Shown here in pieces: positions 9,089-17,473 of a stretch of 45,115 nt of DNA; positions within the stretch are counted from its first letter, which is position 1, and the number at the start of each line of letters is the position of its first letter. The translations under genes and the position numbers were made by a program. This DNA comes from Desulfobacterales bacterium. Its GTDB lineage: Bacteria > Desulfobacterota > Desulfobacteria > Desulfobacterales > JAHEIW01. The stretch covers positions 1-45,115 of the forward strand of contig JASFPE010000001.1 in assembly GCA_050116155.1 (NCBI GenBank), read 5' to 3'. Under the pieces are notes generated by a model. It was not told the origin of the DNA, did not search any database, and worked only from the letters and a program-made list of their open reading frames with translations.

Positions 9089-9916
9089 CTATTCAATCAG
9101 ACTCTTCCAGTCCTTTGATTTGAACCAGTATGCGTATTTGCTTTGAATCCAACCGTTGTTTCGATTAATCTCAATCCAGTTGTTGATTAAGTTGATCGTA
9201 TCGACATCGCCTTTGCGCACACCAATGCCGATGGCCTCATACATCATGACTTCATCGTAAACCATGATGGTGTCCGGATAATCGATGGCCGTCGATGACG
9301 GCAGGGGTTGCGCAGAAACCATGGCGTGCACGTTTCCATTGCGCAGCTCCTGGACGGCCGCGGGTTCATCGTCAAATAAGCGGATTTTTGCCTTTGGAAA
9401 TTTTTGCTTGGCGGCAATTGCGGCCGTCGAACCCAACCTGGCGGCGATGGTGACATCGGGACTGTTGAAGTCGGAGACCTTAAAGCCGGCCGCTTTTTGT
9501 TTGTGCGCCATCAATCCCTGCTCCGTATAGTAATACGGTCTCGTGAAATTGATCTTGAGGTTTCGTTTGGTGGTGATGGTCATCCCACCGATCAGCACAT
9601 CAAACTTGCCGGTAATCAGGGCAGGGATAATCCCGGACCATTTCGTAGGCACAAACTCCACCTTGACGCCCAAATCCTCGGCCAGCTTTTTGGCGATATC
9701 GATCTCAAAGCCGATCAACTCACCTTTTTTATCTTTCATGGCCCAGGGCACGAAAACGTCCATCCCCACCTTAATGACGCCGCGCTTGGCGATCTGCTCG
9801 ATGGCGCTTTCTGCGGTCAGCTTTCTTTGGGTTTCCCCGGCAGAAGCCGTGGCAGCCAGGCCCAAGATAACCACACAAACCAGAACCATTCCTGAAACGA
9901 ATACTCTTTTTTTCAT
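9089..9916 (-). CDS. Polar amino-acid ABC transporter substrate-binding protein (family 3)
   Basis: 275 aa. Signal peptide MKKRVFVSGMVLVCVVILGLAATASA, strong RBS AAGGAGGG, and a typical SBP_bac_3 core (GFEIDIAKKLAEDLG...IPALITGKFDVLIGGMTIT). Confidence 0.85.
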   Translation of the reverse strand: MKKRVFVSGMVLVCVVILGLAATASAGETQRKLTAESAIEQIAKRGVIKVGMDVFVPWAMKDKKGELIGFEIDIAKKLAEDLGVKVEFVPTKWSGIIPALITGKFDVLIGGMTITTKRNLKINFTRPYYYTEQGLMAHKQKAAGFKVSDFNSPDVTIAARLGSTAAIAAKQKFPKAKIRLFDDEPAAVQELRNGNVHAMVSAQPLPSSTAIDYPDTIMVYDEVMMYEAIGIGVRKGDVDTINLINNWIEINRNNGWIQSKYAYWFKSKDWKSLIE

Positions 9917-9978
9917 TATGCCCTCCTTTTCAATAAGCTAGCTTTGATGAACTCTTAATAAGTCATTTTAATGTCTGG

Positions 9979-10213
9979 ATACCCGCCTTCGCGGGTATGA
10001 CTGCCTAGTTTCTATTTCATATTTATTTTTTTATTGTCATTCCCGCTTAGCAGACTGTGTCGTAATTCACAAAAGCGCTTAAATTCCGCCTGTCATGCCG
10101 GACTCGATCCGGCATCCAGTTGCATAATAATCTGAAAAAACTCTGGATTCCGGGTCAAGCCCGGAATGACAAAACAGCAATATGTGTCGTTTTGTCGATT
10201 ACGACACAGTCTC
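9979..10213. repeat. Composite hairpin-rich element inside the ABC operon
   Basis: Three 8-bp hairpins: atacccgc-cttc-gcgggtat (9979-9998), atgccgga-ctcga-tccggcat (about 10095-10115) and attccggg-tcaag-cccggaat (about 10146-10166). They share gtcat/atgac flanks. The last two lie between the arms of a perfect 14-bp inverted repeat, gactgtgtcgtaat (10053-10066) / attacgacacagtc (10199-10212). Confidence 0.7.
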
Positions 10214-10263
10214 CTAGTCAGGAATCCAGAAAACGAAATTTCACCTCCTTTCATCCTCTTTTT

Positions 10264-11016
10264 CTATAAAATCTGGCTGAGAAAAAGCTTTGTCCGCTCT
10301 TTCTGCGGGTTTGTGAAAAAATGCTCTGCCGTGCCTTCCTCGACAATATAGCCATCTTCCATAAAAATCACCCGGTCGCTGACTTCACGGGCAAATCCCA
10401 TTTCATGGGTTACCACGATCATGGTCATTCCTTCTCCGGCAAGGTTTTTCATAACGTCCAAAACTTCACCGATCATTTCAGGATCGAGAGCCGACGTGGC
10501 TTCATCGAACATCATGACTTTCGGATGCATTGCCAGGGCCCTGGCAATTGCCACCCGTTGCTGCTGCCCCCCGCTAAGCTGCGAAGGGTAACTGTCTGCC
10601 TTCTCCGGAATATTGACTTTCTTCAGGAGGTCCATGGCCATCTCTGTGGCCTCATCGTTGCTTTTTTTACGCACAAGCTTTGGGGCCAGGGTTATGTTTG
10701 CGAGCACGGTCTTATGGGGAAACAGATTAAACGACTGGAAAACCATTCCGACCTCTTTGCGGATCTCCCAACGGTTTTTCTTTTTTTCGTCAAGCGGGAC
10801 ATTGTCGATAACGATCGAGCCGCTATCGATCTCTTCCAATCCATTGAGACAACGCAAAAAGGTGGATTTCCCCGAACCGGACGGTCCGATGATGACCACC
10901 ACTTCACTGCGGCGTATTCTGGTGGAAAAGTCTCGCAAGGCACAAACGCCGTTGGGAAAGGTCTTGTTGATTTTGTCCACCGTAACGATATAATCACCGA
11001 GTTTCTTTTCTTGCAC
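10264..11016 (-). CDS. Polar amino-acid ABC transporter ATP-binding protein (GlnQ/HisP-like)
   Basis: 250 aa. Walker [10 protein letters not shown], signature [15 protein letters not shown], Walker [16 protein letters not shown] start with GGAGG 8 nt upstream. Confidence 0.92.
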   Translation of the reverse strand: MQEKKLGDYIVTVDKINKTFPNGVCALRDFSTRIRRSEVVVIIGPSGSGKSTFLRCLNGLEEIDSGSIVIDNVPLDEKKKNRWEIRKEVGMVFQSFNLFPHKTVLANITLAPKLVRKKSNDEATEMAMDLLKKVNIPEKADSYPSQLSGGQQQRVAIARALAMHPKVMMFDEATSALDPEMIGEVLDVMKNLAGEGMTMIVVTHEMGFAREVSDRVIFMEDGYIVEEGTAEHFFTNPQKERTKLFLSQIL

Positions 11017-11037
11017 CGACCGGTCCTCCCTGTGATA

Positions 11038-11859
11038 TTATGTCTGAATCCTGAATCGACTTTCCAGGAAATTGACAACAATAGATAGGGTTATCGTGAT
11101 AACCAGGTACATAAACGCAATCGTAAACCAGATCTCAAATGTCAGGAATGTTTCGGCGATAACCGCCCGGCCTTCCATGGTCAAATCATAAATAGCGATC
11201 GTGCTGACAAGGGCCGAGTCTTTGATCAAAGATATCGCCTGACTCGTCAGGGGCGGGAGAATGCGCCGGATCGCCTGGGGAAGGATGATGCAGCGGTATG
11301 TATCGAAGATACTAAAGCCCAGGCTGTGCGAGGCTTCCCACTGACCTTTGTGAATGGACACGATTCCCGCACGGAAAATCTCTGAGGCATAAGCTCCCTC
11401 AAAAAGGCTGAGTGCGATGACGCCTGCAGCAAAGCGGCTGAGGCCAAAAATGGGTGCCAGCACGAAGTAAAGGAAAAAGATTTGAACCAGCAGCGGGGTA
11501 TTTCGGATGAGCTCCAGATACGCCCTGGCAACGATTCTGGCAAATAAGGAGTCGGACAGGCGCAAGAGGGCGGTTACCAAACCGATGGTCATCGACAAAA
11601 CAAGGCCCCAGGCCGTAATGCGAAAGGTCATCACCAGGCCGAACATCAGGGGGCCGAAGAAAAATTCACCGTCTTGGAATTGAAATATATATTTGGGAAC
11701 CTGATACCATTGCCAGTTATAGCCGAGTTGCTGCGTGCCGCGAGCCATCACCCAGATCAGTACTGCCACCACCACCAAAAATTTGGTAATATCCATCACC
11801 GGAGAACGCTTCAGCCTCAACCAGTTCTGTTTGTATGATGGGGACATGCTAACTTCCAT
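11038..11859 (-). CDS. Polar amino-acid ABC transporter permease (second copy)
   Basis: Polytopic, with NWQWYQVPKYIF and GQWEASHSLGFS blocks like 7955..8890. The start is ambiguous: TTG 11868, ATG 11859 or ATG 11847. Confidence 0.8.
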   Translation of the reverse strand: MEVSMSPSYKQNWLRLKRSPVMDITKFLVVVAVLIWVMARGTQQLGYNWQWYQVPKYIFQFQDGEFFFGPLMFGLVMTFRITAWGLVLSMTIGLVTALLRLSDSLFARIVARAYLELIRNTPLLVQIFFLYFVLAPIFGLSRFAAGVIALSLFEGAYASEIFRAGIVSIHKGQWEASHSLGFSIFDTYRCIILPQAIRRILPPLTSQAISLIKDSALVSTIAIYDLTMEGRAVIAETFLTFEIWFTIAFMYLVITITLSIVVNFLESRFRIQT

Positions 11860-11916
11860 AGCCGACAATCAAGCCTTTGGAAAGGAAATTTTTGCTTTTT
11901 GTGGTATAAGTTTTTC

Positions 11917-13386
11917 TTATACGTCAAAGTTTTTGTTTAAAAGTGCTGTCTTTGCTTTTTTCCCAATTGCGGCGATGTTTTGCTGTACATCCGCCGGCAG
12001 GGATTCGCACGCATGGGATTTTAGGATCTCAATCGCCTTGCGGGTCACAATTTCACCATAGGTTTTTTGGCCTTCATCTTGCCAATGATTGAGACTGGCA
12101 CGGTTGGCAAACATGGGTCGCCAGTGCTCCTGTCGGTGGAGTTTGAGAGTCTGCGCTGAGGTGAGAAAATCGCCGCCCGGACCTACCTTCCGGATGACGT
12201 CCATGTCGATCCGATCCGCCCCGATAGCAAAGCCGTGTATTATTTTTTTGACATAACTGATGATTTCGGCACCCATCACGATTGCAGCCGGTGAACCGAT
12301 CAGCCCCTGGCCCAAATAACCAACGTCATGGACCAGGTTTGCACCATCCAGCGCGGCCATGAGTAGTGAAACGGATGCCTCCATACCTGCCTGCTGATCC
12401 AGGCAGTTGGCATCACTGACACCGGCTGTTCCCCACATGGGAATTTCATAATAATGGTAAAGATCTGCGCAGGCTGATAACGCCAACCGATATTCCGGGC
12501 ATGCATAGATTGGTGCCCCGGTTAACATGTCCATCGTGGAGATACCAAACCCGGAGATAATGGGCGCGCCTTTTGCCATCAATTGATGAAGCACAACGCC
12601 GCTCAATGCTTCGGCATTGGCAACGGTGATGGCGCCGGCCAGGGTCACCGGTCCGCTGGCGCCTGCAAGCATCCCCGGGGTATAGGTGACCGGAACTCTC
12701 TTTACGGCGCACAGAAAAAGCTTTTGCAATGCGCTGGAGGAGTGTGTCAGGGGACTCGTTGGTTCTGAATAATGAATTAAGAATGGCTTATGTCGCAGCC
12801 GATCTTTGCCCCCGGCGACGGCCTCTGCCATCTCGATGATGATAGCAAGGTCTTCTGAGCCGGCGGCCGTGAAAAAAATAGGTTTTATGGAATTTTCCAA
12901 CTCTGCTCTGAAGGACTCAATGTAAGCCAGATTGGCCGGAATATCTTGAGGATGGGCATAAGAAGCGATAAAATCAATATCCTCGAAATAATCGGCTATT
13001 CTGGCTGCATTGACAACGTCTTGCAACCGAGATGATCTTAATATACCGGTTTCCAGATCATAAGTTTCAAGAAGGTCTGTTCCCAGACCAAAGTGGACCT
13101 TATTTCCTTTCAGCTGCATGGCCTTAGCGGCATTGCGGTTGTATATAGTGATACTGGCAGGTGCGCTGTGAATGCAGGATTCCACCAACCCGCTGGGAAT
13201 CTGAATGTTACCATGGCCGTTTATCCGGCATCCGGCATTTTTCAGGAGTTGAATGCCTTCCGGGTGCATGATGCTAACGCCGATGTTCTCCAGAAGTTGT
13301 AGTGTCGCTTTATGAATTTCTTTGATTTGACCTTCAGTGAGGATCCGGTAGTTTGGAATGCACTGAGATCCAAAGCCCGTATTCAT
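11917..13386 (-). CDS. MttB-superfamily (trimethylamine methyltransferase family) corrinoid methyltransferase, non-pyrrolysine
   Basis: About 489 aa from ATG 13386 (GAAGGGGG RBS 7 nt upstream). Length and blocks are typical of the MttB family. The ORF is uninterrupted, with no in-frame TAG. It is adjacent to a corrinoid protein gene. Confidence 0.8.
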   Translation of the reverse strand: MNTGFGSQCIPNYRILTEGQIKEIHKATLQLLENIGVSIMHPEGIQLLKNAGCRINGHGNIQIPSGLVESCIHSAPASITIYNRNAAKAMQLKGNKVHFGLGTDLLETYDLETGILRSSRLQDVVNAARIADYFEDIDFIASYAHPQDIPANLAYIESFRAELENSIKPIFFTAAGSEDLAIIIEMAEAVAGGKDRLRHKPFLIHYSEPTSPLTHSSSALQKLFLCAVKRVPVTYTPGMLAGASGPVTLAGAITVANAEALSGVVLHQLMAKGAPIISGFGISTMDMLTGAPIYACPEYRLALSACADLYHYYEIPMWGTAGVSDANCLDQQAGMEASVSLLMAALDGANLVHDVGYLGQGLIGSPAAIVMGAEIISYVKKIIHGFAIGADRIDMDVIRKVGPGGDFLTSAQTLKLHRQEHWRPMFANRASLNHWQDEGQKTYGEIVTRKAIEILKSHACESLPADVQQNIAAIGKKAKTALLNKNFDV

Positions 13387-13480
13387 TGCGCAACCCCCTT
13401 CGGTAAGCGCCGAATTACAATCCGGTTTTAAGCATGTGTCCCACAATTACATTAAAAAAGTCGAACGGCTTGTCGAACCA

Positions 13481-13506
13481 TTTGTAATTTGGTGCTTGGA
13501 ATTTGG
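13481..13506. repeat. Solo arm of the AATTCCAAAT-type element
   Basis: tttgtaatttggtgcttggaatttgg matches 36808-36833 (tttgtaatttggtgcttgtaatttgg) at 25 of 26 positions. Confidence 0.75.
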
Positions 13507-13594
13507 ATTTTGCGAATTTCATCCTGAAAAAAAGTACTATTAAATCAATCAGCGTTTTATAAAGTACAGTCGGGATAATATACTTGAACCTATC

Positions 13595-14977
13595 TCAAAA
13601 TGGAAATTCGATTCCCATTTCAGACAGTTCATCTTTTACGCGATGATACATATCAAGATGTTCCGGAGTTGGAAGGGCCGAGGCCACATCGTAACATTCC
13701 TGATATTCTTTACCCTTGGGGGCATCTGCCGCGTTGTCTTCGTATTTCGACAAAAGCCTCAGGGCCAGCTCGTTGGCCTGTTCTCTTGTCATACCCTGTC
13801 GCGCAACCGCATGGCCTACCTCCATGCCAATCCTTGCCTCCAGCGGTGTTGCCCGATTTCTGTATTTATTGCGAGCGGAAGCCATTTCCCACAGGTGCCA
13901 TCCCGATACCGTGCTGACCAGGGCATGGCAGGCGGTTTCGTAAAAGACCATATCCGTCATGGGACCCGCATTTGAAAATCCGTTAGAGGTGTTGAGGAGT
14001 TTGCTGTTACGCGCCATGGCCTGGCCGGCCATACTAATCGGCCAAAGCAGTTCCCGGGTCGTATTGGAACCCCAATGGAGGTGAAAAGGGAAATGTTGGT
14101 TATAGATGGCTCCATGGATGCACAGGCCGCTGAGGCTGTAGGCGACCAGCGTCACGGCAACCCCTTCTGAGCCCAGACACCAGCCCCCGTATATAGGACC
14201 CGTGAGATTGCCGGTATAGCATCCATATTGGGCATAATGAACCACCCGGTTCAGCAGTGTATCGGCCGTTTTGAACTCGGAAAGCGTTCCAACCAGTCGT
14301 GAGTCTGTCGTTCGTACGCCCCACTCATTGTCGGACACGGCAATCTGGCCGGTGTCGTGTTCGGCGGTTCCGACGGCTACAAAAAATACCCCCGGTCGAC
14401 CGACTTGCTTGGCAGCCAGTCGAAGGTTGTAAATATGCTGGGTACAACCGTTGATTTCGGTGGGGGAGCCGGATGAGATCTTCTGGCCCATGGTATCCTC
14501 CAGGATGGGGGCACAAAAACCATCCAAAAGGGGCTCTTTAAGATAGGCGAGGCATATGGAATGGTGAAGATTCTCATCGCAGGTGATGTCCGGGCTGAAG
14601 ATGCAAAACGGCGGCTGCGGGTCCTCGACCTGGCGGTGTTTCCATAAGACCGCATCTTTTCCGGCACCCACCCAGTATGCGCCTTTTATCAGGTAGAGCG
14701 CCTCTTTGATTTCATCGTCTGAGACCTTGATGACGCGATGGGTGTCTGTGTTGTAAAGGCCCACGTCACGAAACAGCTCCCATCCGGCCTGCCACAGCCG
14801 GTCGGCCTGATCGTCGTCCGTGGGCAGGGGGATTTCAGGATCGTATTTTATCTCATACTTTTTTATGACTTCCTGAAGCTTGGGGGTGAATATTTTAGGC
14901 AAGAAATCATCTTCTTCACAATGTGGACCCGTATGGGATCGCTGCAGAATCTCCCAGAGACGGTAGGGGGTGGACAT
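13595..14977 (-). CDS. MtmB-family (monomethylamine methyltransferase-like) protein lacking pyrrolysine
   Basis: 460 aa with AAGGAGG 7 nt upstream of the ATG. Blocks recalled from archaeal MtmB: GLYNTDTHRVIKVSDDEI, GRPG (residues 193-196), HWGSNTTRE, and C-terminal GKEYQECYDV..TPEHL. The ORF is uninterrupted. Confidence 0.75.
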   Translation of the reverse strand: MSTPYRLWEILQRSHTGPHCEEDDFLPKIFTPKLQEVIKKYEIKYDPEIPLPTDDDQADRLWQAGWELFRDVGLYNTDTHRVIKVSDDEIKEALYLIKGAYWVGAGKDAVLWKHRQVEDPQPPFCIFSPDITCDENLHHSICLAYLKEPLLDGFCAPILEDTMGQKISSGSPTEINGCTQHIYNLRLAAKQVGRPGVFFVAVGTAEHDTGQIAVSDNEWGVRTTDSRLVGTLSEFKTADTLLNRVVHYAQYGCYTGNLTGPIYGGWCLGSEGVAVTLVAYSLSGLCIHGAIYNQHFPFHLHWGSNTTRELLWPISMAGQAMARNSKLLNTSNGFSNAGPMTDMVFYETACHALVSTVSGWHLWEMASARNKYRNRATPLEARIGMEVGHAVARQGMTREQANELALRLLSKYEDNAADAPKGKEYQECYDVASALPTPEHLDMYHRVKDELSEMGIEFPF

Positions 14978-15059
14978 GGTAAGGCCTCCTTACGTTTACA
15001 TTAATGCAATGATATGTGTATCAGTCAAATCACAAGCAGATTACCACAACTAATATTTA

Positions 15060-15242
15060 AGGTTTCAGGTTTCAGGTGTCAGGATTCAATAATTGAGGAA
15101 TTGAGGGATTTAGGAATTAGAATGACAGAATACCTTCAATACCTAAATTCCTGAATTTTTACCCCGTGAAATGCGAAGCCGATTTCACCGGGGCGCAATT
15201 CCTAAATTGGCCTGCTGACACCTGACACCTGACACCTGAAAC
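15060..15242. repeat. GTGTCAG/GTTTCAG heptamer-armed nested palindromic element (long copy)
   Basis: Outer arms are ggtttcaggtttcaggtgtcagg (15060-15082) and cctgctgacacctgacacctgacacctgaaacc (15210-15242). Inner arms are built from gaggaatt/aggaatt versus aattcct units. A central hairpin is ccccgtgaaat...atttcaccgggg. Confidence 0.8.
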
Positions 15243-15293
15243 CAAGAAAACCTGTTAAGACTGGCTAAGATATAATTTATTGAACGATGAGAT

Positions 15294-15932
15294 TTACGGC
15301 TTTTTTAAAAGTTCCTCCATCATTTTGGGAGCAGAGGTTGCATTTTCGCAATAAAGATCTGCGCCGATCATTTCCGCCCACTCCGGTCCCGTCGGTGCGC
15401 CACCAATGACGACTTTGTATTGATCTCTGAGCCCTTTTTCTTTTAGGAGTTCGATAATTTCCTTCTGTCCTGGCATGGTGGTGGTCATCAGCGATGATGC
15501 CCCGATGATATCCGCCCCCATGGCCTCCGCTTCCTTGATAAAAGTCAGTGAATCCACGTCATATCCCACATCTTTTACTTCGAATCCATTGGTCTCGAGC
15601 ATCAACTTCACAATATTCTTTCCAATTTCATGCAGATCACCTTTCACTACACCCAGGACGACTTTACCTTTGGAAGCCCCCTGTTCGCCGCTCTCCTGGA
15701 TCTTGGGGCGGATAATATCGACAACAGCTGTTAAGGCTTCTCCGGATAGCATTAATTGAGGCAGAAATATTTCCAGGCGGGCGAACAGCTCGCCAAGTTT
15801 GTTCATCGTTTCGGTAAGCGCGGCAATCATCTGGAGCGGATCATTGCCTTCTTCCAGAAGTTTACGGGCTATATCTTCGGCTTCACTTGTATTTCCGGAT
15901 TCCACAGCTTTGCAAAGCGTTTTGAATGGCAT
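15294..15932 (-). CDS. Cobalamin-binding corrinoid protein (MtmC/MttC/MtgC-like)
   Basis: About 212 aa from ATG 15932 (GGGAGG RBS 7 nt upstream). B12-binding DxHxxG motif in GDLHEIGKNIV, followed by a Rossmann-like GADIIGASSLMTTT block. Confidence 0.88.
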   Translation of the reverse strand: MPFKTLCKAVESGNTSEAEDIARKLLEEGNDPLQMIAALTETMNKLGELFARLEIFLPQLMLSGEALTAVVDIIRPKIQESGEQGASKGKVVLGVVKGDLHEIGKNIVKLMLETNGFEVKDVGYDVDSLTFIKEAEAMGADIIGASSLMTTTMPGQKEIIELLKEKGLRDQYKVVIGGAPTGPEWAEMIGADLYCENATSAPKMMEELLKKP

Positions 15933-16259
15933 AGTTAAACCTCCCTGTAACCCTAGGTTGCGCAAATTTTATAACTCATTTTGCACCACCTGCCAGTCCT
16001 TGTATACTTTGGCCGGTTTGCAAGTCAGAATATTGCGAGGCCAACAGGCGAAAGGAATGGTTATTTACCACAGGCGGGGCGGGTGGACAAAACGGGCTAA
16101 AACCTATAACGATCTTCTTTTGTTTGTCAATCGAAAATAAAGTTTTGTTAGCAGACCAACATAGGCTGTTGCGGCAATGAGCGCATCGCTCAGTCCATCT
16201 TTTGCTTGACCCGCCAGAGCTATTTCTCTATTAGTTTGCACGAAAGGGGGTATACTTCG

Positions 16260-17450
16260 ATGAATGCGAATATTTTCACGACCATCTTACCCAGGCAAGT
16301 ACATTTTGGATTCGGGGCCATCGAACTGGTTGGCGAAACGGCTAACGCACTTGGCGCCAAACGTGTTTTTATTGTTGCCGACCCGGGAGTGATTACCGCC
16401 GGACTGGTCGAACCCATCGCGGCTTCGCTCAAGGCTGCAAATCTATCCTATGTCGTCTACGACAAAGTGGTGCCCAATCCCGACACGCAATCGGTGGATG
16501 CGGCCGTCGGGGCGTTTGGTGACAGTCGCGCAGATCTTATCATTGGTCTTGGCGGAGGCAGCGGGCTGGATACTGCTAAAGCCGTAAGCCTGGTGGCCGG
16601 AGGCCCGCCGCAAGGCTGTGTGGCGGAATACTCGCCTTTTCTTGACGAGGCCAGCCGACCGATTCCCGCACCCAAAGATCTGCCCCCTGTCATCGCCATT
16701 CCCACCACTGCCGGTACCGGTAGCGAGGTTACCCCGTGGGCGATTATCACAGACACTGGGGCCAAATGTAAATTCGGGGTTGGCGGCGGTTCGGCCACGG
16801 TACCGACCGTTGCGCTGGTCGACCCCGAATTAACCTTGACGTTGCCATCATTTCTTACCGCGGCCACCGGCATTGATGCCCTCTCTCACTGTATCGAAGC
16901 CTATGTGTCAACCAATGAAAATCCGATGCTGGATCCGATGATTCTTTACGGGATTGAACTGATAGGTCGAAGTCTGCGGCTGGCCGTGGCCCAGGGAGAT
17001 AATCATGATGCCCGGCGAGACGTCATGCTGGGCTCGTTGATAGGCGGTATTGGAATTACGTCCAAGTGGCTTGGCGCTTGCCACGCGCTGGCGCATCCGC
17101 TTTCCAGCCTGGCCGGTATCCAGCATGGGATTGCCAACGCGTTGATGTTGCCCCACCAGATGGCTTACAGCCTGCCAGCTGCGTTGGATCGATATGCCCG
17201 CATCGCCGGGGCACTGGATATACCAAAGGCGGTCAGTGGGACAGTTCGGCAGCAGGCTAAGCAAGCCGTTGAGGCTGTCCGAGAACTGGCTGTGGACACA
17301 GGTTTGCCCACCCATCTGCGAGATGTCGGCGTTACCCCCGAAATGATTCCGGAGCTGGCGGCCGGCGCTTACCAGGACCGGAACTGGCCCAGTAATCCCC
17401 GCAGCGTCTCCCAGGAGGTCATGGAACAGTTGTATCGCCAGGCTTTATAG
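16260..17450 (+). CDS. Iron-containing alcohol dehydrogenase family protein
   Basis: About 396 aa from ATG 16260 (AAAGGGGG RBS). GGGSGLDTAKAV and the His-rich C-terminal metal site (ALSHCIEA, CHALAHPL). Confidence 0.85.
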   Translation: MNANIFTTILPRQVHFGFGAIELVGETANALGAKRVFIVADPGVITAGLVEPIAASLKAANLSYVVYDKVVPNPDTQSVDAAVGAFGDSRADLIIGLGGGSGLDTAKAVSLVAGGPPQGCVAEYSPFLDEASRPIPAPKDLPPVIAIPTTAGTGSEVTPWAIITDTGAKCKFGVGGGSATVPTVALVDPELTLTLPSFLTAATGIDALSHCIEAYVSTNENPMLDPMILYGIELIGRSLRLAVAQGDNHDARRDVMLGSLIGGIGITSKWLGACHALAHPLSSLAGIQHGIANALMLPHQMAYSLPAALDRYARIAGALDIPKAVSGTVRQQAKQAVEAVRELAVDTGLPTHLRDVGVTPEMIPELAAGAYQDRNWPSNPRSVSQEVMEQLYRQAL

Positions 17451-17473
17451 CCCAGGTACTGATCCAGAATATT

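Noticed and set aside
10321-11088. 255-aa plus-strand ORF
   Set aside because: It is antisense to the ABC ATPase, which has Walker A, signature and Walker B motifs all in the minus frame. This is a typical shadow ORF of a GC-biased gene.
11917-14977. Pyrrolysine (in-frame UAG) read-through in the two methyltransferase genes
   Set aside because: Both ORFs are continuous at full family length with no internal TAG, and no pylTSBCD genes are in the window.
15982-15995. Sigma-54-like TGGCAG-N-TGCA (minus strand) upstream of the corrinoid-protein gene
   Set aside because: The GG-to-GC spacing is 10 nt rather than the canonical 12, so it does not fit the -24/-12 geometry.
15933-16259. Possible cobalamin riboswitch in the divergent intergenic region next to the corrinoid operon
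   Set aside because: I could not find a B12-box-like core or the expected multi-stem arrangement by eye. A covariance-model scan would be needed to exclude it fully.
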